IMG/VR virus record: IMGVR_UViG_3300049924_000287
Coordinates: 1-44,125 of that record
DNA: 44,125 bases
Direction: 5' to 3' (one strand)
Source: a virus
Lineage: Duplodnaviria > Caudoviricetes
In this document: piece by piece, positions 28,272 through 36,523 of the stretch
How positions within the stretch are numbered: the first letter of the stretch is position 1
How the letters are laid out: every line of letters starts with the position of its first letter
Notes under the pieces: generated by a model
The model's input: only the letters and a program-made list of their open reading frames with translations
Databases searched by the model: none
What the model was told of the DNA's origin: nothing
Made by a program: the position numbers and the translations under genes

Positions 28272-28498
28272 ATCTCTCCTTCCGTGTCGTAGATCTCTTC
28301 CTCTTCGCCCTCGATCTCGGCTGGCATGAAGCCAACCACCCGTTCGTTCTCGGACGCCAACTCCGCGTGCTCACCTTCGGTGAGGAACGCCTGCTCGAAC
28401 GCTTGCAGGATCTCGGACAACTTCCGCTTGGAGTACCTGGTGGACGGGTCCTCGATCCTCGCCCTGATCTTCCCGTCAATCTCGATCTCGACGTTCAG
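28268..28498 (-). CDS. Acidic hypothetical protein (76 aa), probable CTG start, not in ORF track
   Basis: GAGGAGG 5 nt before CTG; no ATG/GTG/TTG back to the in-frame stop; GTGA overlap downstream. Confidence 0.6.
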   Translation of the reverse strand: MNVEIEIDGKIRARIEDPSTRYSKRKLSEILQAFEQAFLTEGEHAELASENERVVGFMPAEIEGEEEEIYDTEGEM

Positions 28499-28511
28499 GG
28501 CGACCTCCTCG

Positions 28512-28607
28512 CTACTGCCTGATGAACATCAGGCACCAGATCCAGAAGGCTGCGGCGCAGCCGACCGTCACAGCGTACTCGCCCGGGGTCGGCAGCCTGC
28601 CCCTCAC
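28512..28607 (-). CDS. Small hydrophobic peptide (31 aa)
   Basis: GTGA overlap; MRGRLPTPGEYAVTVGCAAAFWIWCLMFIRQ. Confidence 0.45.
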   Translation of the reverse strand: MRGRLPTPGEYAVTVGCAAAFWIWCLMFIRQ

Positions 28608-28831
28608 CGGCGACCACGCTCGCGGTTCGAGAACTGCATCCAGCAGGCGCGGACCGCCTTGCGGTCCCCCGAGGTGCCCGGCAGCGGCATGGCGATCGAC
28701 CCGTTCGGGCGGACCACCTTGTACGGATGCTTGCCCTTGCCCCTGACGATCATGTAGCCGTTCGACTCAAGTCGACGGCGGAGTTCTTTCCAGTCCCTTG
28801 GGGACGGCTGGTTAAGCCACTCGGTATCCAT
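28604..28831 (-). CDS. HicA-like protein, leaderless
   Basis: WKELRRRLESNGYMIVRGKGKHPYKV...PGTSGDRKA; HicA-type G-x-H; ATG 7 nt after a -10 box. Confidence 0.65.
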   Translation of the reverse strand: MDTEWLNQPSPRDWKELRRRLESNGYMIVRGKGKHPYKVVRPNGSIAMPLPGTSGDRKAVRACWMQFSNRERGRR

Positions 28832-28867
28832 GCCGAGAACCCTACCGGGTCTCGGCGTCCAAGTCAA
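28832..28867 (-). promoter_or_regulatory. Sigma70-type promoter with overlapping inverted repeat
   Basis: TTGACT (28867-28862), 17 nt, TAGGGT (28844-28839); IR GCCGAG-A-ACCC/GGGT-CTCGGC at 28832-28856. Confidence 0.75.
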
Positions 28868-29158
28868 GTCCCCTGGTGAGGTAACCTCTAAACCCAACCA
28901 CAACCGTATAAGATCCTATAGGTTAAGGCCGATCTCCAGATCGGCCCTTCTACCCATCTATCGGACCGGTCCGCCAGGACCCGGTCCCAGTGGATCAAGT
29001 TCAAGGTCTTTAGTGTAACCAGCGCTGCCGACGCAGCGCAAGGGAGAGTTGGTTGGCTGTTCGCTCTGCCGCCGGTGAGGCACCTCCTCGTTCCTCGTCG
29101 GTGCCTTGTGGACCTTCGCCGGTGCAAGATCCATCGGCTGTTGATCTTGATGTCTGCG

Positions 29159-29187
29159 TCGCCACACCGGCCTCCGGCCGGTACGAT
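29159..29187 (+). promoter_or_regulatory. Possible promoter of the DNA metabolism operon
   Basis: TCGCCA-17-TACGAT, 27 nt before the first gene. Confidence 0.4.
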
Positions 29188-29214
29188 GGTGGCTTCTGCT
29201 CAGGAGGAGCCATC

Positions 29215-30072
29215 TTGGACGAACTACGTCTGTCCCACTCCGCCGTCGAGGACTACCACACCTGCGGGGAGAAGTACCGGCTAGGGCGGGTGCTCAAGGT
29301 CCCCCGCGCTCCCGGCTGGTCGCTGGTCGGCGGCAACGCCGTGCACACCGTGACCGCTGTGCTCGACCTCCGGGACTTCGGCGTCCCGTCGGATGAACCC
29401 GACAACTTCGCCGAAGCGTTCGAGAAGGAAGAGGCACTCATGCTGGAGCGCTCGGGGATCCCGATCTCCGAGTGGCACTGCGCCGGGCGGATCTCGAAGG
29501 AAAAGCCCAACAAAGAAGACCGCAACTGGTGGCTGGCCAACGGCCAGCAGTACGTCAACAACTGGCGGGACTGGCTGGGAGCCACCCCGTACTCGATCTG
29601 GATCACCCCCGACGCCGTGCCCGCCATCGAGTTGGCGATCGAACTCCCTGCCGAGCAGGGGTTCGGCGGGGTGCCCTTCCGGGGCTACCTCGACCGGATC
29701 ATGGAGGTCGACGGGATGCTCGGTGTCGTCGACCTCAAGACCGGCGCGCGGGTACCCCCGACGCCGAAGCAACTGGCCGAGTATCGGCTGTCGCTCGGCC
29801 TGATGTTCGGCTGGGGTACGGCTCCCTCGTGGGGTGCGTACTTCATGAACCGCACCGGAGAACTCACCCCGCCTGTCGGCCTGGCGGCCGATTACCCGCT
29901 CGACAGGATCGACCACGAGTACCGCGAGGTCGTCCGTGGCCACGAGCACCAGGTGTACCCTCCTCGGCCAGGGCCGCTGTGCTCGTCGTGCGGGGTCCGT
30001 GAGTACTGCTATGAGTTCGGCGGCAGCAAGGCCAGCGAAGTGAGTCCGTGGATCAAGGGAGAGAAGCAGTGA
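29215..30072 (+). CDS. Cas4/RecB-like PD-(D/E)XK exonuclease
   Basis: LSHSAVEDYHTC, GNAVH, RGYLDR, VVDLKTG, QLAEY, C-terminal CSSC.....C; AGGAGG RBS before TTG. Confidence 0.9.
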   Translation: MDELRLSHSAVEDYHTCGEKYRLGRVLKVPRAPGWSLVGGNAVHTVTAVLDLRDFGVPSDEPDNFAEAFEKEEALMLERSGIPISEWHCAGRISKEKPNKEDRNWWLANGQQYVNNWRDWLGATPYSIWITPDAVPAIELAIELPAEQGFGGVPFRGYLDRIMEVDGMLGVVDLKTGARVPPTPKQLAEYRLSLGLMFGWGTAPSWGAYFMNRTGELTPPVGLAADYPLDRIDHEYREVVRGHEHQVYPPRPGPLCSSCGVREYCYEFGGSKASEVSPWIKGEKQ

Positions 30073-30548
30073 CCGAAGACAACACCGTCGAGGGCACCTC
30101 GACGATCAAGTTCGGGGGCGGGTACAACGCTCCGTGGTTCGTGGCCCGTGGCTCCGTCCAGGAGCAGGGCGAGCAGTTGGTCCAGGCGTTCGGGCTGGAG
30201 GTCCGGCCGGACATCACGCTCGCCGAGATCATCGTGGCGTCGGCGTCGGCGGCCAACGCCCTGTGGGCCGCAGCCAACGGCCTCGGAGCGACCCCCGAGG
30301 GGGCGCAGGCGCCTCAGCAGCAGGCGCCTCAGTCCCGAGGGTGGGGTGGCGGTTCCCAGGGCCGCAGCGGGGCATCTGACGGTGCTCCGGCCGGTGTTCC
30401 GGGCCAGACCTGCCAGCACGGCCAGCGCCAGTACAAGTCCGGCCAGGGCGCCAAGGGTCCATGGGCCGCCTGGATGTGCCCCGCACCCAAGGGCACTCCC
30501 GACCAGTGCAAGCCGATCGACGCCAAGACCGGGAAGGAATGGGGCTGA
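30069..30548 (+). CDS. Conserved actinophage protein with C-terminal Cys/His domain
   Basis: TIKFGGGYNAPW; Gly/Gln linker; CQHG...WAAWMCP...QC. Confidence 0.75.
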   Translation: MTEDNTVEGTSTIKFGGGYNAPWFVARGSVQEQGEQLVQAFGLEVRPDITLAEIIVASASAANALWAAANGLGATPEGAQAPQQQAPQSRGWGGGSQGRSGASDGAPAGVPGQTCQHGQRQYKSGQGAKGPWAAWMCPAPKGTPDQCKPIDAKTGKEWG

Positions 30549-30553
30549 TCTAG

Positions 30554-31351
30554 TTGTTCACCCCCTCCCGCGCGCTGCGCGCCGCAGGCACGAGAGGCGA
30601 GCCCCTACCCCATCTGAACGAACTCCATGCGCTGTACCAGTACGGGTTCGAGCCTCGTAAGGGGCAGATGCTGATGGTCGCCGGTCAGAGCGGTGCCGCG
30701 AAGACGTTCTTCGCGCTCTGGCTGGCGGCCAGGTGGGGTGTTCGCACGCTGTACTGCTCCCAGGACTCCGACGCGCACACGATGATCAGCAGGCTGATCT
30801 CGTACGCCACCGGGTTCCCTACCGACGACGTCTCCCTCCAGATCAGTCGCGACCCCTCGGCCTACGCCGGTGTGCTGGACGACTGCCCGATCCGGTTCTG
30901 CTTCGAGTCGCTCACCATCGAGGGACTGGAGCAGGAACTCGACGCAGGCGTCGAGGTGTGGGACGAGTACCCCGAACTGATCGTGATCGACAACCTCTCC
31001 GACCTAGACGTCGGAGACGAGACGCACGCGGCGAAGTTGTTCGCCATGCAGGAACTGCACAAGTTGCGCCGCACCGGAGCAGCCGTGCTGGTGCTCCACC
31101 ACACCAGGTCCAACCCCTCGGGCAAGAACAACTGGACCACCTCCGACCCCCAGCCACGCTGGGAGATCGACAACAAGTTGGACCGCAAGCCCGAGGCGAT
31201 CCTGACCGTTGCGATCGACACCTACTCAGGGCAGTTCGTGATGTCCCCGGTGAAGAACCGCACCGGCAAGTGCACCCCGGACGCCAGTGTCCGGTTCCGG
31301 CTGGGGATGGACCTCAGCCGGTGCAACTTCTACCTGCCCGGAGGGCACTGA
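30554..31351 (+). CDS. DnaB/RecA-like helicase
   Basis: Walker A AGQSGAAKT, Walker B LIVIDNL, VLVLHH, VKNRTG. Confidence 0.85.
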   Translation: MFTPSRALRAAGTRGEPLPHLNELHALYQYGFEPRKGQMLMVAGQSGAAKTFFALWLAARWGVRTLYCSQDSDAHTMISRLISYATGFPTDDVSLQISRDPSAYAGVLDDCPIRFCFESLTIEGLEQELDAGVEVWDEYPELIVIDNLSDLDVGDETHAAKLFAMQELHKLRRTGAAVLVLHHTRSNPSGKNNWTTSDPQPRWEIDNKLDRKPEAILTVAIDTYSGQFVMSPVKNRTGKCTPDASVRFRLGMDLSRCNFYLPGGH

Positions 31352-31596
31352 TGGTTAACCCGGCGAATGTACTCAAGGACCTGGCCAACCGCTTCGGCTA
31401 CCACAAGCCACAGGATGAGCAGACTGTCGAGGCACACGAGGCCGTCCGCGAGATCATGATGGGCGCGGCTGACGAGGTGTCGTCGCTGTGTCCACCGTCA
31501 CGCGAGTTGGCCCTCGCGCTGACCAAGTTGGAAGAGGCGATGTTCTGGGCCAACGCCGCCATCGCTCGGATGGACGCCTACGGGGAGCGACTGTGA
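31351..31596 (+). CDS. Acb2/Tad1-like helical hairpin protein
   Basis: NRFGYHKP...LCPPSRELALALTKLEEAMFWANAAIAR; TGATG coupling to helicase. Confidence 0.7.
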   Translation: MVNPANVLKDLANRFGYHKPQDEQTVEAHEAVREIMMGAADEVSSLCPPSRELALALTKLEEAMFWANAAIARMDAYGERL

Positions 31597-31823
31597 CCAA
31601 CGACGAGATGTACGACTACGCGAAGTACCTGGTCACCTCGCACCTGGAGGATGGCGTCGAGTACCTCTCGGTGAACGAGCAGTTCGCGGACTACGCCGAC
31701 CGCGAAGGGCTCGGCATCCCCGAGTGGGACTGGTACGAGGACCATGAGGACGACCTCCGCGAGGTCCACAAGATGGCCAACAAGATGCTGAGCGATCTCG
31801 CCGAAGTGATCAACCGACCGTGA
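31593..31823 (+). CDS. Acidic hypothetical protein
   Basis: GTGA overlaps at both ends; GGGGAG RBS. Confidence 0.7.
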   Translation: MTNDEMYDYAKYLVTSHLEDGVEYLSVNEQFADYADREGLGIPEWDWYEDHEDDLREVHKMANKMLSDLAEVINRP

Positions 31824-32251
31824 CCAAGCGACGGGTGTGCCGGGACTGCGGGGTGCGGTCCCGGCCAGCCCCGCACCCCGGCCCCCGTTGCGCAACCTGC
31901 CACAAGACGGAGATCAAGCGCAGAAGGGACGTCGCCCATGCCAACCGCGTCCTTTCCGTGTACGGTCTGACAGGAGAGAAGTACTGGGAACTCTACGAGT
32001 TCCAGGGTGGGGTGTGTGCTATCTGCAAGCGGGCCAAGGGCATCCGCCGGAGGCTCGCGGTGGACCACGACCACAAGACCGGAGCGGTGAGAGGACTGCT
32101 ATGCGGGACGTGCAACAAGATCCTCGGTCACCTGAGGGACGACCCGGACCTGGCGGCGGGAATCGCCGCGTACCTGGTGGAGTCTCCGATGTTCCGGCTA
32201 TGCCAGCACACCGGTACACCCGTCCCCGTTGGCTCAATCGTGAGAACGTAG
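31820..32251 (+). CDS. Endonuclease VII-like protein
   Basis: YGLT...QGGVCAIC...LAVDHDHKTGAVRGLLCGTCNKILG. Confidence 0.92.
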   Translation: MTKRRVCRDCGVRSRPAPHPGPRCATCHKTEIKRRRDVAHANRVLSVYGLTGEKYWELYEFQGGVCAICKRAKGIRRRLAVDHDHKTGAVRGLLCGTCNKILGHLRDDPDLAAGIAAYLVESPMFRLCQHTGTPVPVGSIVRT

Positions 32252-32589
32252 CCACCATCCGGGCGCTGCTGCGCATCGGCGTCACCCGCCGCAGGCTGGA
32301 GCAGCACACCGAGTACACCGACAGCACCTGGCGCCGCTGGTCCGACCGGGTGGTCGACACCTACCTCGACGAGGTGGCCCTCAAGCGCGTCGTCGAGAAC
32401 CTCGACCGCTCGGCGTATGATCGGCTCACGATCCTCGAAGTGGTCGAGGCTCACCACCGGCTGTGGCTGCGCGTAGCCGCTGGCGAGATCTCGGTCAAGG
32501 GTACGGCTGCCGCCCTCGGCAAGGACGAAACCGGGTTTCGCAAGCGGCTGCGGAAGGACTCAGAGATATGGTCAGGTCGCCTGCTGTAA
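32200..32589 (+). CDS. Hypothetical, possible HTH DNA-binding protein
   Basis: 3' part of track ORF 31837..32589; ISVKGTAAALGKDETGFRKRL; start uncertain. Confidence 0.55.
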   Translation: MPAHRYTRPRWLNRENVATIRALLRIGVTRRRLEQHTEYTDSTWRRWSDRVVDTYLDEVALKRVVENLDRSAYDRLTILEVVEAHHRLWLRVAAGEISVKGTAAALGKDETGFRKRLRKDSEIWSGRLL

Positions 32590-32960
32590 GGCCAGACCTA
32601 GCGGCTGTGCTCGACCACTACGGCTGCCCGGTCAACGAGTCCCGGATGACCGACCAGATCGTCCGCTGCCCGGTGCACGAGGAGACTCGGGCGTCCTGCT
32701 CGGTCAACCTGGACAAGCAGTTGTTCTCCTGTTTCGCTTGCGGCGCCAAGGGCGACGTGTACACGTTGATCATGTTGAAGGAGAACTGTGAGTTTGCGAC
32801 CGCTCAAGCCCTCGGTGAAGGCTTCGCTGGAGGCCGCAACCACGAAGTACCAGCGGCAGATCGACGACGCGGAAGGGTATCTCAAGGGCCGGGGTATACT
32901 CCGGCGTACCGCCGAGCGGCACAGGCTCGGCGTAGTGGTCGATCCGTACCCGGGTCATGA
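32568..32960 (+). CDS. Primase zinc-binding (CHC2) subunit
   Basis: CPVHEETRASCSVN....FSCFACGAKGDV. Confidence 0.88.
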   Translation: MVRSPAVRPDLAAVLDHYGCPVNESRMTDQIVRCPVHEETRASCSVNLDKQLFSCFACGAKGDVYTLIMLKENCEFATAQALGEGFAGGRNHEVPAADRRRGRVSQGPGYTPAYRRAAQARRSGRSVPGS

Positions 32961-33429
32961 AGCCTACGTCGGCAGGCTCTCGATCCCGAACATCGGAAGC
33001 CAGAACGACGTGCGCGGGATGAAGTTCCGGATCATGGATGACTCCGACGAGCAGAAGTACCTCGGCCCCTCGATGGAGTCGAGGTTGTTCCACACCCGGG
33101 CGATCGTCGAAGCCGAGTCCTGGATCTGCCTGACCGAAGGGGAGATCGACACGATCATCCTCGACCAGTGCGGCCTGCCCTCGGTCGGACTGGCCGGTGC
33201 CAACGCCTGGAAGCCGCACTACTCCCGGGTGTTCGCTGGGTTCGATGCGGTGTACTTGTTCGCCGACCCCGACTCGGCAGGCAAGGGTCTGGCCAAGATC
33301 GTCACCCGCGCGTTGGAGCAGGCTAACGTCGTTACACTAAGTGCAGACGTCAACGACACCTACCTGGAGTGGGGTCAGGATGGTATTTATGAAGCGCTCA
33401 GAGAGGCGGGCTGGAGTGATCCGAGTTGA
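32788..33429 (+). CDS. Primase TOPRIM subunit
   Basis: YLKGRGI, GRLSIP, KYL, LTEGEID, FADPDSAG; own AAGGAG RBS. Confidence 0.9.
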   Translation: MSLRPLKPSVKASLEAATTKYQRQIDDAEGYLKGRGILRRTAERHRLGVVVDPYPGHEAYVGRLSIPNIGSQNDVRGMKFRIMDDSDEQKYLGPSMESRLFHTRAIVEAESWICLTEGEIDTIILDQCGLPSVGLAGANAWKPHYSRVFAGFDAVYLFADPDSAGKGLAKIVTRALEQANVVTLSADVNDTYLEWGQDGIYEALREAGWSDPS

Positions 33430-34108
33430 CCGAGCAGGAGTGGCGGAGGTTGTTGCGGATCCTGACCGACATGGGTCTCGTGATCACCAGCAGTTGTCGC
33501 TCTTCGACCTCGATTACCGTCACCCCCCGGCCCGTCCGATCATCGGACTGACCGGCAAGAAGGGTGTCGGCAAGGACACCCTCGCCGCCGAGTTGATCAA
33601 GTCGTTCGGGTACGCACGAGTTGCTCAGGCTGACCCGGTCAAGGACCTGGCGCTGGAGATCGACCCGAGGGTCGGGCCGCACGACGAGCACGACGTCTCG
33701 GATGCGCGGCTCTCCGAACTGCACTACGAACTCGGCTGGGACAAGGCCAAGGAGTCGACCGAGGTTCGCCGAATGTTGCAGGCGGTGGGCACCGGTGTTC
33801 GTGACGTCATCGGACCAGACACATGGATCGACCTGGCCTGGCGCAAGATCCACGCTGGCACCAAGCCGGTGGTGATCACCGACATCCGCTTCGAGAATGA
33901 AGCGGAGCGGGTGTGGGACAATGGCGGCATCGTGGTGCGGATCACCCGCACCGCACCGGACAGCGCCGCCGCCGAGGTGGACCACCACATCTCGGAGACC
34001 GAGATGGACGACGTCACGGTGGACATGACGATCAACAACTTCGATCTGGCCACCTTCCTGGACTGGGCACCGGTGGTCCACAGGTTCGCGTTGGTAGGTG
34101 CAGAGTGA
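33416..34108 (+). CDS. Deoxynucleoside monophosphate kinase
   Basis: IIGLTGKKGVGKDT, ADPVK, RRMLQAVGT..RD, VVITDIRFENE, HISE; start uncertain. Confidence 0.9.
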   Translation: MIRVDRAGVAEVVADPDRHGSRDHQQLSLFDLDYRHPPARPIIGLTGKKGVGKDTLAAELIKSFGYARVAQADPVKDLALEIDPRVGPHDEHDVSDARLSELHYELGWDKAKESTEVRRMLQAVGTGVRDVIGPDTWIDLAWRKIHAGTKPVVITDIRFENEAERVWDNGGIVVRITRTAPDSAAAEVDHHISETEMDDVTVDMTINNFDLATFLDWAPVVHRFALVGAE

Positions 34109-34839
34109 AGATCCTGTCCTTGGACATCGAGACCAGCCCCAACGTCGCCGACGTGTGGGGTCTTTACCAGCAGAACGTGTCGCTCTCGCAACTGCGAGAG
34201 TCGACCCGGATGATCTGCTTTGCCGCCAAGTGGAAGCACGAGGACCGAGTGCTGTTCCGCTCGGAGTTCCATGACACCCGCGAGAAGATGCTCGACACCG
34301 CCTGGTCGCTGTTCGACGAGGCGGACGTCGTGGTCCACTGGAACGGCACGTCGTTCGACGTGCCGCATGTGATGCGCGAGTTCGTGGTGACCGAGACGTC
34401 ACCGCCGTCGCCGTTCATCCAGATCGACCTGCTCCGAGTGGTGCGCAAGCGCTTCCGGTTCTCGTCCAACAAGTTGGACCACGTGGCCGAGCAGTTGCTC
34501 GGCGAGCGGAAGGTCAAGCACGCAGGCCACGACCTGTGGACCAGGTGTCTAGCCGGTGACCCTAAGGCGTGGGCCGAGATGCGCCGATACAACAAGCAGG
34601 ACACGGTGCTCGTCGACAAGTTGCTCGACCGGCTACTGCCGTGGATCCCGAACTACCCGCACGCCGGGCTGTTCACCGGTGCGGTCGAGTCCTGCCCACG
34701 GTGCGGCTCGGACTCCTACCAGAAGCGCGGGCTGGCGATCTCCGCTACCCGTCAGTACCAGCAGTACCGGTGCAACGACTGCGCCGGTTGGTTCCGATCT
34801 GTCCGCTCTGAGGGCGGCGTCCCGACGAGGAGCATCTGA
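34105..34839 (+). CDS. RNase H-fold 3'-5' exonuclease (DnaQ/YprB-like) with C-terminal zinc ribbon
   Basis: LDIETSP, HWNGTSFD, SNKLD, YNKQD; CPRCGS...YRCNDC. Confidence 0.88.
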   Translation: MKILSLDIETSPNVADVWGLYQQNVSLSQLRESTRMICFAAKWKHEDRVLFRSEFHDTREKMLDTAWSLFDEADVVVHWNGTSFDVPHVMREFVVTETSPPSPFIQIDLLRVVRKRFRFSSNKLDHVAEQLLGERKVKHAGHDLWTRCLAGDPKAWAEMRRYNKQDTVLVDKLLDRLLPWIPNYPHAGLFTGAVESCPRCGSDSYQKRGLAISATRQYQQYRCNDCAGWFRSVRSEGGVPTRSI

Positions 34840-35189
34840 TGTCCGACCAGAAGATCGGCTACCTGGTCTCGGCCCCTGTCGACCTGGTGGAGCGGGACCG
34901 AAAGTACTTCGACTTCCTCTACGAGCGGGCGGTCGAGAAGGCTGACCAGATGGCACGAGGCAGGAACCTCTACGCCGGGCCGATCGCGGCCGAGTACTAC
35001 CTCACAGACTACGCCGGTCAGCGGGTAGGCGGCCCGTTCGACAACCTCGATCAGGCGCTCTGGTCCGCGAAGGATACGTACCGCGCTGACCTGGTGGCGC
35101 TCAAGTTGACCGCTGTTGCTCGGGACTACGAGCAGCCCGACGGATTCCGGAGGTACTTCGGTGTCGAAGCATCGGCCTACCGGTGGTAG
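34839..35189 (+). CDS. Hypothetical protein
   Basis: 116 aa; GAGGAG RBS; TGATG coupling. Confidence 0.7.
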   Translation: MSDQKIGYLVSAPVDLVERDRKYFDFLYERAVEKADQMARGRNLYAGPIAAEYYLTDYAGQRVGGPFDNLDQALWSAKDTYRADLVALKLTAVARDYEQPDGFRRYFGVEASAYRW

Positions 35190-35309
35190 GCGTGGCCAGA
35201 AGCGCCAGCCTCTGCCCGGCCGAGAGGGTCCACGGCCACCCGACCCTGGTGTTACGATCATGTGGGTTGTGATCGCGTTGGTTTTCATCGCAGGGTTGGT
35301 GAGCAGCAG

Positions 35310-35609
35310 GTGAAGAACATCCTCTACCCACTGGACAGCGAGCCACAGGGGAACGTCGAGTTCTTCGGTGGCCCGCTCGATGGGCTGATCGCTACCCACT
35401 CGGTGCTCACCGAGTTCTACGAGCACGTCGACATGGTGATGGTCGAAGGTGTCGAGGGCACGTATCCGTGGCCTTCGCCGCACTTGTACAAGTTGGAGCA
35501 GCCTCCGGCGCAAGCAGCCAAGGCATTCTCCGGGCGCCCCGCGCAGCGGATGCGCTACGTTCACATCGGGGAAGGAAGTGGTAAGCGTGCGACAGCCGTT
35601 GGATCCTGA
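35310..35609 (+). CDS. Hypothetical protein
   Basis: FFGGPLDG motif; GTG start uncertain. Confidence 0.55.
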   Translation: MKNILYPLDSEPQGNVEFFGGPLDGLIATHSVLTEFYEHVDMVMVEGVEGTYPWPSPHLYKLEQPPAQAAKAFSGRPAQRMRYVHIGEGSGKRATAVGS

Positions 35610-36261
35610 GGCCATCCTTGTTACGGCGGCGAGCAGCGTCGCCCGCCAGTATCACGGGTACGTCGACCGCGAAGACCTGATCCAAGAGGGCCGCCTGTGG
35701 CTGGCCAGCCACCCCGAGCGGGTCGCCGAACTCGCCGAGAAGGGCAAGAGTCAGTGGCTGTACTCCGCCCTGGCTGGCCAGATGGACCGGTTCGCTCGTG
35801 AGCAGCGGGCTGCGGTGCTCGGCTACGAGCCGAGCGACGAGCACTTCTACAACAAGGGCACGCTTGCGCTGATCCTGCCGCACATCTACAACAACACCCA
35901 GCCCAACGCCGAGGGTGAGACGGTGTCTCGCGCCGACCCTGCTGAGGGTGGCAACTGGCCGGTGATCGAACTCGATGTGCGACTGGCCCTCTCTCGCCTG
36001 TCGCCTTACGACCAGGCGTGGATCAGTCTCCGGTGGGAGCAGGAGCACACGATCGAGCAGGTCGCCTCGCTCGCGGGCGTGACCGTCGATCACTCTCGGT
36101 ACCACACCGAGCGCGCGCTGCGTCGGCTGATCGAGGAACTCGGTGGCCAGCGCCCCCGCCCCTGCCCCCGAGACTGCGAGCACTACGAGCACGACGCTCG
36201 GCTGCGCGTGCGCCCGGGCAAGGGCGAGGGGACCTTCGGCGAGGGCATGCTGGTCAGTTAG
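35587..36261 (+). CDS. Sigma-factor-like protein with C-terminal HTH
   Basis: VDREDLIQE (region 2-like); DVRLALSRLS...TIEQVASLAGVT...ERALRRL (region 4-like). Confidence 0.75.
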   Translation: MRQPLDPEAILVTAASSVARQYHGYVDREDLIQEGRLWLASHPERVAELAEKGKSQWLYSALAGQMDRFAREQRAAVLGYEPSDEHFYNKGTLALILPHIYNNTQPNAEGETVSRADPAEGGNWPVIELDVRLALSRLSPYDQAWISLRWEQEHTIEQVASLAGVTVDHSRYHTERALRRLIEELGGQRPRPCPRDCEHYEHDARLRVRPGKGEGTFGEGMLVS

Positions 36262-36523
36262 GCTCGACGCAACAGCCGTCGCAACCGTGAACTCCGGACT
36301 CTCCGGAGATGACGAACCAAGAGCGCTGGTCGGGATCGGGGTGTCCGATCCCGTGCTCACAGATCCGCTCGAAGATCCCTCGATCATCACGCCAGTGCAG
36401 TGGCCAGTTCGTCATGTGATGCACGGTCGGTGAGTGCACGATGCACACCCGACCGGCGCAGCGGTCGGCGGAGTGGACGTTGTACAGCGTGATGTCGCCG
36501 ACACGCACGGTCTCGCCGGTCAC
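36254..36523 (-). CDS. His/Cys-rich hypothetical protein
   Basis: H...C....CIVHSPT.HHM..WP...ERICEHGIGHPDPD...HGCDGCC; GGAGG RBS. Confidence 0.75.
   Translation of the reverse strand: MTGETVRVGDITLYNVHSADRCAGRVCIVHSPTVHHMTNWPLHWRDDRGIFERICEHGIGHPDPDQRSWFVISGESGVHGCDGCCVEPN

Noticed and set aside
29215-30072. CRISPR-Cas system suggested by the Cas4-like gene
   Set aside because: No repeat-spacer array or other cas genes; stand-alone Cas4-like nucleases are common in phages
35192-35313. Small gene between 35189 and 35310
   Set aside because: Two candidate micro-ORFs (26 aa and 17 aa), neither with a clear RBS
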